Shown piece after piece: positions 22,029 through 31,941 of a DNA stretch of 64,000 nt. A program made the translations under genes and the position numbers. The notes beneath the pieces were generated by a model. It did not search any database and was not told the origin of the DNA. It worked only from the letters and a program-made list of their open reading frames with translations. The DNA lies in the NCBI GenBank assembly GCA_965205025.1, contig CBDBFU010000002.1, positions 1 to 64,000 of the forward strand. Reading direction: 5' to 3'. Source of the DNA: Candidatus Poribacteria bacterium (GTDB lineage Bacteria > Poribacteria > WGA-4E > WGA-3G). Position 1 is the stretch's first letter. Every line of letters begins with the position of its first letter.

Positions 22029-22859
22029 TTACAATGAAGACATACCCAAAAAAGTTAATTTACTACAGGGTTTTACAATCTTATGTTTAACTGCTAATCT
22101 GTGGAATTGTTTCAAACCTTCAATCGCTGACTCATCCAAATCATAATGAATATGTTGTTCCAAATACTCTCTACAGAGTGGTTCAGTTAACTGCAGTTTT
22201 TTCGACTCCACGCGCGCAATTTCAGGTTTCTGTTTAATACCAATATCTTTTGCCTTTAAAAGCAAACTGGGAACATTTCCAAGTTCTACTTTTCCTCTTG
22301 CCACCCAACAAGCATAAACAAATGGTAATCCCATCAAGTCATGCCACTCAGCCCCAAGATCAATACTATAATCTGTTGCCCCAAGGTTTTTTAAGGCAGC
22401 ATCACCAATCAACAATACTGCATCAGTGTCAATATTAGTCGGGTCAATAGAAGGTTCGCATGAAGTAAAAGTTGGTACCCTATTATATTTTTCTGCAAAC
22501 AAAATCTGCAAGAGTGCGATAGATGATCTTGAACTTGTATCTACCGCTATGCTCCTTATATCTGTAATCGGTACACGGCTATATAACTGTATGCTAAGGA
22601 CACTACCTCTGGAAACTATTCCAATGTCTGGAATAATCCTATAGTCTGCTCCAAGACTGTTTGCTCGAAAATACTCTACTATTGGAATCAATCCAACTTC
22701 TAATTCACCATTATTTAATAGTGTCGCTAAACGACTCGGCACCTCTAAACTCAGAAGAATATCGTCAAACGCAATATCTCCTTTCAGAAGTGGATATATT
22801 AGAGGTTTGGTATTCAAAAAAGACACTGCACCGACTCTTATGCGGCTTTTCTGTACCAC
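22029..22859 (-). CDS. mqnA: chorismate dehydratase (futalosine pathway)
   Basis: VSFLNTKPL, SRSS.AL, LLIGD.AL, DLG.EW..LMGLPFVYA.W. Confidence 0.88.
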   Translation of the reverse strand: MVQKSRIRVGAVSFLNTKPLIYPLLKGDIAFDDILLSLEVPSRLATLLNNGELEVGLIPIVEYFRANSLGADYRIIPDIGIVSRGSVLSIQLYSRVPITDIRSIAVDTSSRSSIALLQILFAEKYNRVPTFTSCEPSIDPTNIDTDAVLLIGDAALKNLGATDYSIDLGAEWHDLMGLPFVYACWVARGKVELGNVPSLLLKAKDIGIKQKPEIARVESKKLQLTEPLCREYLEQHIHYDLDESAIEGLKQFHRLAVKHKIVKPCSKLTFLGMSSL

Positions 22860-23974
22860 CTATCTCCCTCACGGACTATCTCGTTATACAATGTATCACG
22901 TTCAACGGGTACATATCCTGCTTCTTCAATAAGTTGCGTGAGTGAATCCACAGACACAGCCTCTGGTGTATCTGCCCCAGCCATGTGCGTTATCTTTTCT
23001 TCTGTGACAGTACCATCAATATCATCTGAACCAAATCGCAGTGCAACTTGTGCAGTTTTTAACCCTGTCATTATCCAGTATACTTTAATATGTGGAAAGT
23101 TATCCAGTAGTAGACGCGATACAGCAATGTTCCGGAGGTCCGTTAAACCCGTTGTTGAAGGCAAATACGCCATACGCGTATTCGCCGGATGGAAGGCAAG
23201 TGGAATAAATGTAACAAATCCACCGGATTTATCTTGTTGCTCTCTTAGACGAATAAGATGATCAACTCTATCCTCATTTGTTTCAAGATGACCATAAAGC
23301 ATAGTAGCGTTTGTAGAAATACCCAAACGATGGGCGATTTCGTGAACCTCAAGCCATCCTTCTGCACTGAGTTTACCCGGACATATCTTTTCTCGTGTCT
23401 CTTCAGCAAATATCTCGGCACCACCACCCGGTAACGAATCTAAACCCGATTCACGCAGTTGGATCAATACATCTTCTATAGACATCTTAAATATGCGAGA
23501 AAAATGATGTATTTCAACAGCAGTAAAAAACTTCAGATGTACATCCGGCATGCGTTCCTTTAGTCCACGAATTATATCAAGGTAGTAATCAAAGGGTAAT
23601 TTCGGGTGTAAACCACCAACACTATGGATTTCTGTGCATCCATGTTCTATGGAATACATGGCTTTATCTAAAAATTCATCCACACTCATTTCCCATGCAC
23701 CTTCTGTTTCCATATTCTTACGTGCGAAGGCACAAAAATGACATCGCGCATGCAAAATACACACATTTGAGTAATCTATGTGCTGGTTTATATTATAATA
23801 CGCTACATTCCCGTTAAGACGTTCTCGCACAAAGTTTGCAATGAAACCTACTCCAGTGATATCGGGGCTTTCATAAAGTGTGACCCCTTCATCAAAAGAA
23901 AGCCGTTCTTCTGCTTGAACCTTTTCGAAAATTGACGCTAAATTTGAATCCGTAAATAGGTTATATTTCTCCAT
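22838..23974 (-). CDS. mqnE: aminofutalosine synthase, radical SAM
   Basis: SNVC....CHFCAF, EIHSVGGLHP, PGGGAEIF, HIKVYW, DGTV.EEKI.HMAGA. Confidence 0.88.
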   Translation of the reverse strand: MEKYNLFTDSNLASIFEKVQAEERLSFDEGVTLYESPDITGVGFIANFVRERLNGNVAYYNINQHIDYSNVCILHARCHFCAFARKNMETEGAWEMSVDEFLDKAMYSIEHGCTEIHSVGGLHPKLPFDYYLDIIRGLKERMPDVHLKFFTAVEIHHFSRIFKMSIEDVLIQLRESGLDSLPGGGAEIFAEETREKICPGKLSAEGWLEVHEIAHRLGISTNATMLYGHLETNEDRVDHLIRLREQQDKSGGFVTFIPLAFHPANTRMAYLPSTTGLTDLRNIAVSRLLLDNFPHIKVYWIMTGLKTAQVALRFGSDDIDGTVTEEKITHMAGADTPEAVSVDSLTQLIEEAGYVPVERDTLYNEIVREGDRWYRKAA

Positions 23975-24007
23975 TATTTTCCCTATAAATCTATCTTTAA
24001 AAACTGC

Positions 24008-24036
24008 TTGACTGTTATCTTTAATAAGAGTATTAT
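24008..24036 (+). promoter_or_regulatory. sigma70 promoter
   Basis: TTGACT-17 nt-TATTAT. Confidence 0.5.
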
Positions 24037-24090
24037 AGCATAAATACTATGAAGATTCCAGAAAACTTACAAAGAGGATAAGCTCAAATC

Positions 24091-24888
24091 ATGTCTAAAC
24101 TCGGATTAATTCACTATAACTATGCAGGGAACTCATTAGATGATTTCTTAAAATTTACAAGCGAAACAGGTTTCGGTTATGTTGAACTTGGACTCGGGGA
24201 TGTATGGAATGCCGATACAGATCCAGAAAAAAATGCCGAAGATGTTAGAAAATTATTAGAATCCTATGGGTTACAAGTCTCTGCACTCTCGGCAGGAAAC
24301 GACTTTGTCGTATTAGAGGAAGATGCTATTAAAGCACAAGTTGAACGGATGGAACGGATTGCAGGTTTGGCAAAACGCGTCGGCACTTCTGTCCTACGCA
24401 CTGAGGGTGGGGCAATGAAAGATTCTGTCCCAGAAAGTCGATGGGTCGAAGCAATGGCTGGTTGTTTAAAAAGATGCCTGGAATTTGCTGAAAAGGAAGA
24501 CGTGTATTTGGCTGTTGATAACCACGGACTTGTTACCAACGATGGTGACCTACAAGTAGAACTATTTGAAACTGTTGGGTCAAAGCATGTCGGAGCAAAT
24601 ATGGATACAATGAATTACCGTTGGGCAGGACACGATTTAGATACGGTCGGTAGATTCTATGAAATCATCGCTCCTTATACACTGCATACACATCTAAAAG
24701 ATGGAACAGGTTCACGGGGAAATTACAAAGGCGAGGCACTTGGTGAAGGCGAAATCGATCTTGCTAAAGCAATTAATTGTTTAAGAGATGCAGGGTACGA
24801 AGGTGTCTGGTGTTGTGAATATGAAGGACGAGAAAACGACGGAACTGGACAACGTAAGAGTTTCAAATGGATGCAAGAAAACCTTTAG
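24091..24888 (+). CDS. sugar phosphate isomerase/epimerase (xylose isomerase-like TIM barrel)
   Basis: DNHG, D..N, HTHLKD, LGEGEID, CEYE. Confidence 0.85.
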   Translation: MSKLGLIHYNYAGNSLDDFLKFTSETGFGYVELGLGDVWNADTDPEKNAEDVRKLLESYGLQVSALSAGNDFVVLEEDAIKAQVERMERIAGLAKRVGTSVLRTEGGAMKDSVPESRWVEAMAGCLKRCLEFAEKEDVYLAVDNHGLVTNDGDLQVELFETVGSKHVGANMDTMNYRWAGHDLDTVGRFYEIIAPYTLHTHLKDGTGSRGNYKGEALGEGEIDLAKAINCLRDAGYEGVWCCEYEGRENDGTGQRKSFKWMQENL

Positions 24889-24983
24889 AAATAAACCTAT
24901 AACATTAATATCCTGATCAAAATAGAATAAACGCTGAGATTATATCTCGGCGTTTATTATTAACTACCTTACAACACATAAAA

Positions 24984-25844
24984 ATGCATAAACCTTCCCC
25001 AATTATTACCCTAACAACCGATTTCGGCACAAGTGATGTATATGTTGGAGTTATGAAAGGTGTAATCCTAAATATAAATCCAAATGCCAAAATTGTAGAT
25101 ATTACACATTCCATCACACCACAGAACATTCGCGAAGCAGCATTTACAATAAACGCTGCATACCGCTTTTTCCCAAAAGGTACAATCCATATTATCGTAG
25201 TAGACCCAGGTGTTGGGAGTGATCGACAAGCAATTGTCTTTCATACAGAAACAGCATGCTTTGTATGTCCGAATAATGGTGTTCTAAGCTATCTTCTACA
25301 GGACAATGAAAGTGAGAATAAACCACTCACTGAAGCCGTAGTCATCAAAAATCCGGATTACCTATTACCACGAGTCTGCAATACATTTCACGGTCGAGAT
25401 ATATTCGCACCAGTTGCCGCACACCTGTCACTCGGGATTACACCTGATAAAATAGGAAAACCCACAACAGATCTTATACGACTCCCTATTCCCGCACTTG
25501 ATATCACTGAAAATACACTTACAGGAGAGATTATTAATGTAGATAGTTTTGGAAATTTGATAACAAATATTTCCGAAAATACACTTACATCATTTCTATT
25601 ATCTTCTACATCAGAAATAGAGGGAATAAGAGAACTTGACAGGCATGTAGAAGTTGTAGATTTTGAAATCTCTGTTGGAAATACCAGTATAAATAGATTA
25701 AATAGTACTTATACCGAATCAGAGGCGGGAACGTTGTTAGCCATCATAAGCAGTTTCGGATTGGTAGAAATCGCTGTGAATATGGGAAACGCATCCTCCT
25801 ATTTAGGTCTAAAAATCGGAGATAAAGTTATGATACACAAGTAG
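24984..25844 (+). CDS. SAM hydroxide adenosyltransferase (DUF62, chlorinase/fluorinase family)
   Basis: TLTTDFG, VVDPGVG, TFHGRDIFAP, VDSFGNLITN. Confidence 0.92.
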   Translation: MHKPSPIITLTTDFGTSDVYVGVMKGVILNINPNAKIVDITHSITPQNIREAAFTINAAYRFFPKGTIHIIVVDPGVGSDRQAIVFHTETACFVCPNNGVLSYLLQDNESENKPLTEAVVIKNPDYLLPRVCNTFHGRDIFAPVAAHLSLGITPDKIGKPTTDLIRLPIPALDITENTLTGEIINVDSFGNLITNISENTLTSFLLSSTSEIEGIRELDRHVEVVDFEISVGNTSINRLNSTYTESEAGTLLAIISSFGLVEIAVNMGNASSYLGLKIGDKVMIHK

Positions 25845-25867
25845 GAGCAATTGAAAGATAGTTTTAA

Positions 25868-26488
25868 TTATCGCCTGAGACTAAGGAGTAGATATGTTGG
25901 ATTAGTGATATTATCTGTAGCAAGTTTGCTTTGAGTGATTTCTTGTATTACGGCGGTATATTCTTGGCTGAGTGTAGCATTCCTCACAGTTTCAATTGCT
26001 TCGTCTGTGATATACCCGTTATAGGTTTTTTCGGATGTTTTTATTTCGAATGTCTTGGTTCTAAGAAAAACACCTATTAGTGCACCGGTCACGGTGAATT
26101 GTACTTGGGATTCCAAATTAAGATCCAGACGTTCACCTGGCAATGGAAGCATTTCTTCTGGTATTTTATGTGATACAATCGAATCAAGTTTGACAGAATC
26201 ATGTTCTTGGTATGGAACCTTTACTTGAATCACATAAGTATTTTCAGGTTCGGCAAATGCATCGTGCAAGTCAATTGTACCGGACCGAATAAGATTTAGA
26301 CGTTCAACTGAAACCGCAACACATAGCCATGTTAAACAGAATTCGTCTTCATCAGCTGCTACTACAAGGTAGAGATGACCTGCAGCATTCTTACAAGAAA
26401 AAAGAACAGGTTGATCATAATACTCATAAATTTCTATTATTTCGAGCTTACCTAATTCAGGAATATCAAGTATATGAACCATCATCAA
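25868..26488 (-). CDS. DUF6575-like protein
   Basis: LG.LEI.E.YEYYD.P.LFSC...G.LY...W...VS.ERL..I.SG.IDL..AF N-terminal pattern. Confidence 0.65.
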   Translation of the reverse strand: MMMVHILDIPELGKLEIIEIYEYYDQPVLFSCKNAAGHLYLVVAADEDEFCLTWLCVAVSVERLNLIRSGTIDLHDAFAEPENTYVIQVKVPYQEHDSVKLDSIVSHKIPEEMLPLPGERLDLNLESQVQFTVTGALIGVFLRTKTFEIKTSEKTYNGYITDEAIETVRNATLSQEYTAVIQEITQSKLATDNITNPTYLLLSLRR

Positions 26489-26514
26489 ACCTTTTTGAAT
26501 TACTGTAGACTTCT

Positions 26515-26889
26515 TTATTCATCAATTACCTCAAACACAAGCCAAGGTTTTGTCCCAATAGGAATCCACCATGTAGTATGTGTTTTTTCAACTGCCTTTG
26601 TTTTTAGAATCATGCCGTGTTGTCGACTAATTTCACCTTTTGCGGTTTTCCTATCTCTTAGGTGTCGTACTCTCTTTTTAAGCCGTTCAATATCTTGTGG
26701 ATCTGTATATACAGAAGTTCCGCAAATTCTGATGTTTGGTTCTGGAAATCTACCCGGAAATTCCTCCCATGTAGATAGAAAGTCTTCTGCCTGTGGTGGG
26801 TTGTGTCTTACAAGTCGGTAAACCGTTCCCGATGCAGGTTCAGCGTCCCCAGGTGGACAATTCTCTGGATAATAATCTGGCCACTCCAA
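26515..26889 (-). CDS. hypothetical protein with ADP-ribosyltransferase/RES-like motifs
   Basis: CPP.DA...VYRLV...DF...CG.SVY...H.TWW; AAAGGA RBS before TTG. Confidence 0.7.
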   Translation of the reverse strand: MEWPDYYPENCPPGDAEPASGTVYRLVRHNPPQAEDFLSTWEEFPGRFPEPNIRICGTSVYTDPQDIERLKKRVRHLRDRKTAKGEISRQHGMILKTKAVEKTHTTWWIPIGTKPWLVFEVIDE

Positions 26890-27106
26890 CTCGGTAGTCC
26901 TTTCTTATGGCATGCTATTGATTACCGAGTGGAATAATTAACACTACGATAGATTGTAACATACGCGTTTATAATTCGCAATTATCAAAACTCTAATTGA
27001 ATATATCCTATAAGTTAATTATAGGATACGTTGTTTTTTGAGAAATGTCAAGCAATGTACAACTTGCAGACAATTTACAAGTCAATTTAACACCCGAAAT
27101 ACAGAA

Positions 27107-27439
27107 TTATGAGTTTTTAATCCTGGGACGATACGGTAGCACACGCCATAAACCATATATAATTCCCAATACAGGAATTATCCAGAAGCCGTACTCCCCT
27201 ATTTTTGCTACGGTCACACTGATTATCTCCTCCTGAGAAATATGATACCCCCGTTCAATACCCCCAGGAGTTTCTCCAGCAATACCATAAAACTCAATTA
27301 AGTCTCCTTGCATTCGATCTCTCACGTATGATTCTCCAAGAGTTATATAAAATAGAAATGGAACGACAGGATAATACCATACAATCCCAAGAAAGACTGA
27401 AATTAAAAAATAAGAAATGACTGTAAATGCTTTCTTCAT
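27107..27439 (-). CDS. small membrane protein with two predicted TM helices
   Basis: AGGAG RBS; two hydrophobic segments. Confidence 0.65.
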   Translation of the reverse strand: MKKAFTVISYFLISVFLGIVWYYPVVPFLFYITLGESYVRDRMQGDLIEFYGIAGETPGGIERGYHISQEEIISVTVAKIGEYGFWIIPVLGIIYGLWRVLPYRPRIKNS

Positions 27440-27690
27440 AATAATCTCCTAAATCTGTAATTAGTAGAATTTGTATGATGGTTTGAAACCAGGATAATTC
27501 CACTTATTAATTAGTTATCTTTGAAGTATCTTTTCTTCATTTTTTTAAAATTCAGATACTTCTTAACTGGAGATCTCCTAACCCTGCACTAATAGTACTT
27601 CTATCAGAAAACGTTAGAATAAGTATTATGAGATAGACTATAGAATAGTATTGCAATAGATGCTAAAATTTTGTTGGTATACCTATTTGT

Positions 27691-27837
27691 ATGTACTGCT
27701 TCCCGTACAATCATTATCCTCACTTTAGTACGGATAGTAAAACACTTGCTATAGTAGATATAGATGGGGAAATACGTTTATGGGACACAGACTTTGGAAA
27801 ACAACGGCATATATTTACTTTGGATAATTTAGATTGA
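27691..27837 (+). pseudogene. WD40-repeat gene remnant
   Basis: FSTDSKTLAIVDIDGEIRLWDTDFG is one canonical WD40 repeat in a 48-codon ORF. Confidence 0.6.
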
Positions 27838-27856
27838 ATCTATCATTCCTTAAACT

Positions 27857-29194
27857 CTATAAACTTCTTTGACTATATGCAATTGCAGATGTCATGTATT
27901 TCAATGCAGCATGAATCTGAGGTAACTCCTCAAACCCATAAGAGATACGAAACTGGTGTTTTCCAATTTCAACCATGTCCCCACTTGGATGAACGCAGTA
28001 TTCACCTGGAATATAGATCACTTTGGGATGTGGATAATCTTTAGCACCATCAATCACATCATATCCTGTCGTTCGCGTCAGAAACTTAAAGAAATCAGAG
28101 GGCGTATCAGTAGCAACGTCTTTAAGTGTAATGTAATAATAGAAACCCGCGTTCCCCCCACGAATCTCTTGAACGTTATCACCGAGTAATTCTCCTATCC
28201 AGTTTTCCACCTGTTTCGCTTTTCGTTGATACCCATTATTCACATTCTCAATTTGTGTCTCAATTCCATTATCAAGCAAATAACTGGTTATTTCCTGATT
28301 GATAAGTGGTGCACTGAAGCCAATATCGCTTGTCCGTTGGATTATACTGTTTAGAAAATCTCCTTTAGGTCCGATCATATAACCTATACGTAAACCTGGG
28401 GCAAGAATCTTAGACATCGTTCCAATCTCATAAACTATTCCCAAATCATCATAACATAAAGCAGATTCCATACGTTCAACAGTACTGTCATGTACAAGGT
28501 CACAATAGGCGTTGTCAAAAAAGAGTGGAATTTTACGACCCAATTCACTCGATAACTGGGTGACAATCTCAACTAATTCCCTTTTGCGATTATTAGAGAG
28601 AATAGAACAGCTTGGATTGTTAACTGTCACCGCATAAAAAAACTGGATCTCTTCCTTCGCTCTACCAAACCCTTTCAGTTTATCCCTTAATAGGTTCGTT
28701 TGAATACCTTCGTTATCTTCAGGAACGGCAATAATATTAAAACCTTTTCTATCCAGATCATTACAATAAATATAATACATCGGGTCAGCAGTAATCACAA
28801 TACCAGATGGAAGTAAATGTGTAATGCTATCCAACAGACTGGTTGCCCCATTCGCACCAATCACAATATCATTGCTGCTAAAAACACCTCGGTTAATACC
28901 TCCAATTCTATTGTCAATATAGTATCTTTTGATGGATTCAATGAGATTAGGAGAACCTTGGGCACCACCATAATTGAGGGATGCACGATATTTCTCTGGG
29001 TTGGCAAGCACTGCTTCATAGGCAGTCTGTATTTGTTGGCGTGGGATTGTTGTTTCGTTGACATAACCCACCCCGAGATTGATATCATATCCATCGCGAA
29101 AACCGACTGCGAAATCGGTCATCATCCTGTTAACGGCAGAAGGTACACTTGAAGCTTTCCCATAATCTGAAAGCAAAACATCTTGGATCTTCAT
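27857..29194 (-). CDS. PLP-dependent aminotransferase, class I/II
   Basis: NNPS, D.AY, GTMSKILAPGLRIGY. Confidence 0.88.
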   Translation of the reverse strand: MKIQDVLLSDYGKASSVPSAVNRMMTDFAVGFRDGYDINLGVGYVNETTIPRQQIQTAYEAVLANPEKYRASLNYGGAQGSPNLIESIKRYYIDNRIGGINRGVFSSNDIVIGANGATSLLDSITHLLPSGIVITADPMYYIYCNDLDRKGFNIIAVPEDNEGIQTNLLRDKLKGFGRAKEEIQFFYAVTVNNPSCSILSNNRKRELVEIVTQLSSELGRKIPLFFDNAYCDLVHDSTVERMESALCYDDLGIVYEIGTMSKILAPGLRIGYMIGPKGDFLNSIIQRTSDIGFSAPLINQEITSYLLDNGIETQIENVNNGYQRKAKQVENWIGELLGDNVQEIRGGNAGFYYYITLKDVATDTPSDFFKFLTRTTGYDVIDGAKDYPHPKVIYIPGEYCVHPSGDMVEIGKHQFRISYGFEELPQIHAALKYMTSAIAYSQRSL

Positions 29195-29217
29195 CTTTTG
29201 GGACAGTTGTTCTCCAT

Positions 29218-30123
29218 CTACAATAGATCCTTTAAGGCAGATTCAAGTGTCTCAAAACGAAATTGATAACCACTCGTCTGAGTTTTCTCAGGGAGTACAT
29301 TCTGACTGAGTACAACAAAATTAGCAAATTCACCCATCATTATCTTCAATCCAAATGTCGGAACAGGAAAAATCGTTGGTTTTCGGAGAACTGATCCAAG
29401 TGTCTTCGTAAACTCTATGTTTCTGACAGGAATCGGGGATGTTGCATTCAGAGCACCTTCTACCTCTTCATTTTCTAATGCGTGCATAACAATACCTATT
29501 ACATCATCCACATGAATCCACGACATCCATTGATTACCATTTCCAAGCTTACCACCAAACCCCATTTTAAAGGGTGGAAGCACCTGGTCTAACAATCCAC
29601 CACCTAAACCAAGAACAAGACCAATACGCACCAAGACAACCCGTGTACCATACTCACGCACCTTCAGTGCTTCTGTTTCCCATTCATGGCAAACTTCAGC
29701 AAGATAATCTTTACCCATAGGAGATTCTTCTGTGAAACTCTCGTCTCCACTATCCCCATATAATCCTATTGCTGATGCATTAATCCACACATCCGGTTTC
29801 GTCTCAGGAGTAAAAGATGAAACAAGGTTACGAGTCGAAAGAATACGACTCTCCCTAATTCGTCGCTTCTTATTAGCATTCCATCTTCCTGCTATAGTTT
29901 CTCCTGCCAGGTGAATTACCGCATTTACATCTGATTTTGCCTCAGAAGGAAGTTGTTCTGATTCCGGTTGCCACGCATGTATTGCATCTACAAATGCTAA
30001 TTTTGTTTGTGCTTGTTCAGGTTTTCGAGACACAACATTGACTATATAATCTTTTTCCTTAAGGGTCTCACATACTCTATTTCCGATGAAACCCGTTCCA
30101 CCTGTAACTAAGACTTTTTTCAT
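29218..30123 (-). CDS. YfcH-like (TIGR01777) NAD-dependent epimerase
   Basis: VTGGTGFIG, HLAGE.I, GGKLGNGNQWMSWIH. Confidence 0.92.
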   Translation of the reverse strand: MKKVLVTGGTGFIGNRVCETLKEKDYIVNVVSRKPEQAQTKLAFVDAIHAWQPESEQLPSEAKSDVNAVIHLAGETIAGRWNANKKRRIRESRILSTRNLVSSFTPETKPDVWINASAIGLYGDSGDESFTEESPMGKDYLAEVCHEWETEALKVREYGTRVVLVRIGLVLGLGGGLLDQVLPPFKMGFGGKLGNGNQWMSWIHVDDVIGIVMHALENEEVEGALNATSPIPVRNIEFTKTLGSVLRKPTIFPVPTFGLKIMMGEFANFVVLSQNVLPEKTQTSGYQFRFETLESALKDLL

Positions 30124-30261
30124 CGTTCCGCTCCAATCATTTTAAAATGGCTTAGAAGATTTCTCCACTACGAAAGTTATTCAATATATAGGTGTTATTC
30201 CATCCGAACGTCGTGTGCCAAACACTCACGTACACCGTCATTAAGGATTTAGTCAAATCAA

Positions 30262-30996
30262 TCACCCATCTTCCGAAAGCTCAGAAATAGTCACTTCTAA
30301 CTGTCGATAGTCGTCTATCACTGCATCACTAAATATATCATTAATCTCCGATTTATTAAATCCTTCGAACCGAATTGCTTTCATACCCGCATTTTTCGCA
30401 CCCACAATATCCGTTCTCACAATATCTCCAATATGTACAGCCTCAGCAGGTTCAGCACCTAACTGTTCTAAAGTACTATGGTATTGCACAACCTCCGGCT
30501 TTGTATAATCACATTCATCAGAAAAAGTAAACGCTGAAAAATATCCTAATATACCATCCAGTTCCATCTGTTTCCGTACATAAGTCCCCGGTGTTAGTGC
30601 AGAATCCGATATTATTCCAAGTGGATACGTTTCACTAAGTCTCGCCAACACAGGTTTAATATGCGGTATGAGAACAGGAGGAGATGCTAAAAATGCATTA
30701 CCGAGACAATCTATTATAGAAGCAATATCTTTGTCATCAAGCGGTAGATCAAGCGTACCTGCAAACTTCTGCATACAGGTTTCTACAGAAACCCCTATAT
30801 GTTCATGCCACCGAGACATCACTAACGAATAGGCATCCTCCATCCCCGACTCTACTTCTTCTAATTTACATGTATAACCTTTGCTCATGAGGTATTTATG
30901 ACATTCACCTACTCGAATCGCTTGTCGTTTCTGCCAATTCTCAAGGGAATCCGCATAGAGTGTTTGCCAAAAATCAAATGTGATCGCTTTAAACAT
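30262..30996 (-). CDS. HAD-family hydrolase
   Basis: FDFWQTL, KP, HIGD...DIVGA..AG. Confidence 0.88.
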   Translation of the reverse strand: MFKAITFDFWQTLYADSLENWQKRQAIRVGECHKYLMSKGYTCKLEEVESGMEDAYSLVMSRWHEHIGVSVETCMQKFAGTLDLPLDDKDIASIIDCLGNAFLASPPVLIPHIKPVLARLSETYPLGIISDSALTPGTYVRKQMELDGILGYFSAFTFSDECDYTKPEVVQYHSTLEQLGAEPAEAVHIGDIVRTDIVGAKNAGMKAIRFEGFNKSEINDIFSDAVIDDYRQLEVTISELSEDG

Positions 30997-31288
30997 CAAA
31001 TCTCCTATCTAATTAAGGAATCTACTCCGTATGTAAAATGGAATCGGAGAATTAAAAAACAGAATGGTGTTAGATACATAATTATCTTCGGTTCATTCTA
31101 TCCTGTACCTACTAACCTGTCAAGCGACAAATCACTACGCGAACTGCAGACACTAACCCTTGAAGTCATTCAAAATAAACGGGAATTTTAGAAAATGGTT
31201 GACTCACAGGTAAGTCTGATATCTAAACACATCGTATACCGTAACCCACCTTATCTACATTGACACTCTTATTTAAAATATACATCTT

Positions 31289-31324
31289 TATCCGTGTAAT
31301 CCGCGTAATCTGTGATTCAGACAA
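31289..31324. repeat. short 9-bp-period repeat unit, reverse-complement copy of 62189-62231
   Basis: ATCCGTGTAATCCGCGTAATCTGTGATTCAGACAA. Confidence 0.7.
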
Positions 31325-31864
31325 AATGTTTGAAAACCAACATCCAATAATCGCAACTGATAGTTGAATGTTGATACCAAAAATATAATGAAGAAAAATA
31401 AACCTTCAAACAACAAACATAAAACACGATAAATAAAGAATTGAAGCATTTTGTGTAAATTCATTATGATAATAGATACATAACAATTATGATAATTTAC
31501 TGCTTATACCATTACTGAAATGTTTATCCCATCAACATTTGTTATGCCTAACTTGAAATACTGCAAAAACTGACGGTTTGTAGTACATTTTCAGTACATT
31601 TCGTGGATCGGGGTCTCCCACCATTGTTTCAATGTAGAATACATAATCAAGATCAAAGGATCCTCCAAATATATGATTTATGAGATATATTCAAATATCT
31701 TGTCAAAATGGATGACTAAGATATTTCACATTCAAACAATTCAAATCAATGGTTTTGATGAATGAGAACAAAAATATTAAAATCCATGATTCGTTGGTAT
31801 CAAAACACAAACGTTGCATGATTTTCATGACATTAACTTTACATGTCCTGTTCTGTGAACTACC

Positions 31865-31893
31865 TTGAAATATCAACATAATTAAGGTATAAT
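31865..31893 (+). promoter_or_regulatory. sigma70 promoter of the two-component operon
   Basis: TTGAAA-17 nt-TATAAT. Confidence 0.6.
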
Positions 31894-31941
31894 ACTAATA
31901 TGATGGTATATGCGAAGAGCACAATATAGCCAGGAAACATT

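Noticed and set aside
24984-25844. Halogenase (fluorinase/chlorinase) biosynthetic gene
   Set aside because: The TFHGRD motif marks the common SAM hydroxide adenosyltransferase, and no biosynthetic cluster surrounds it.
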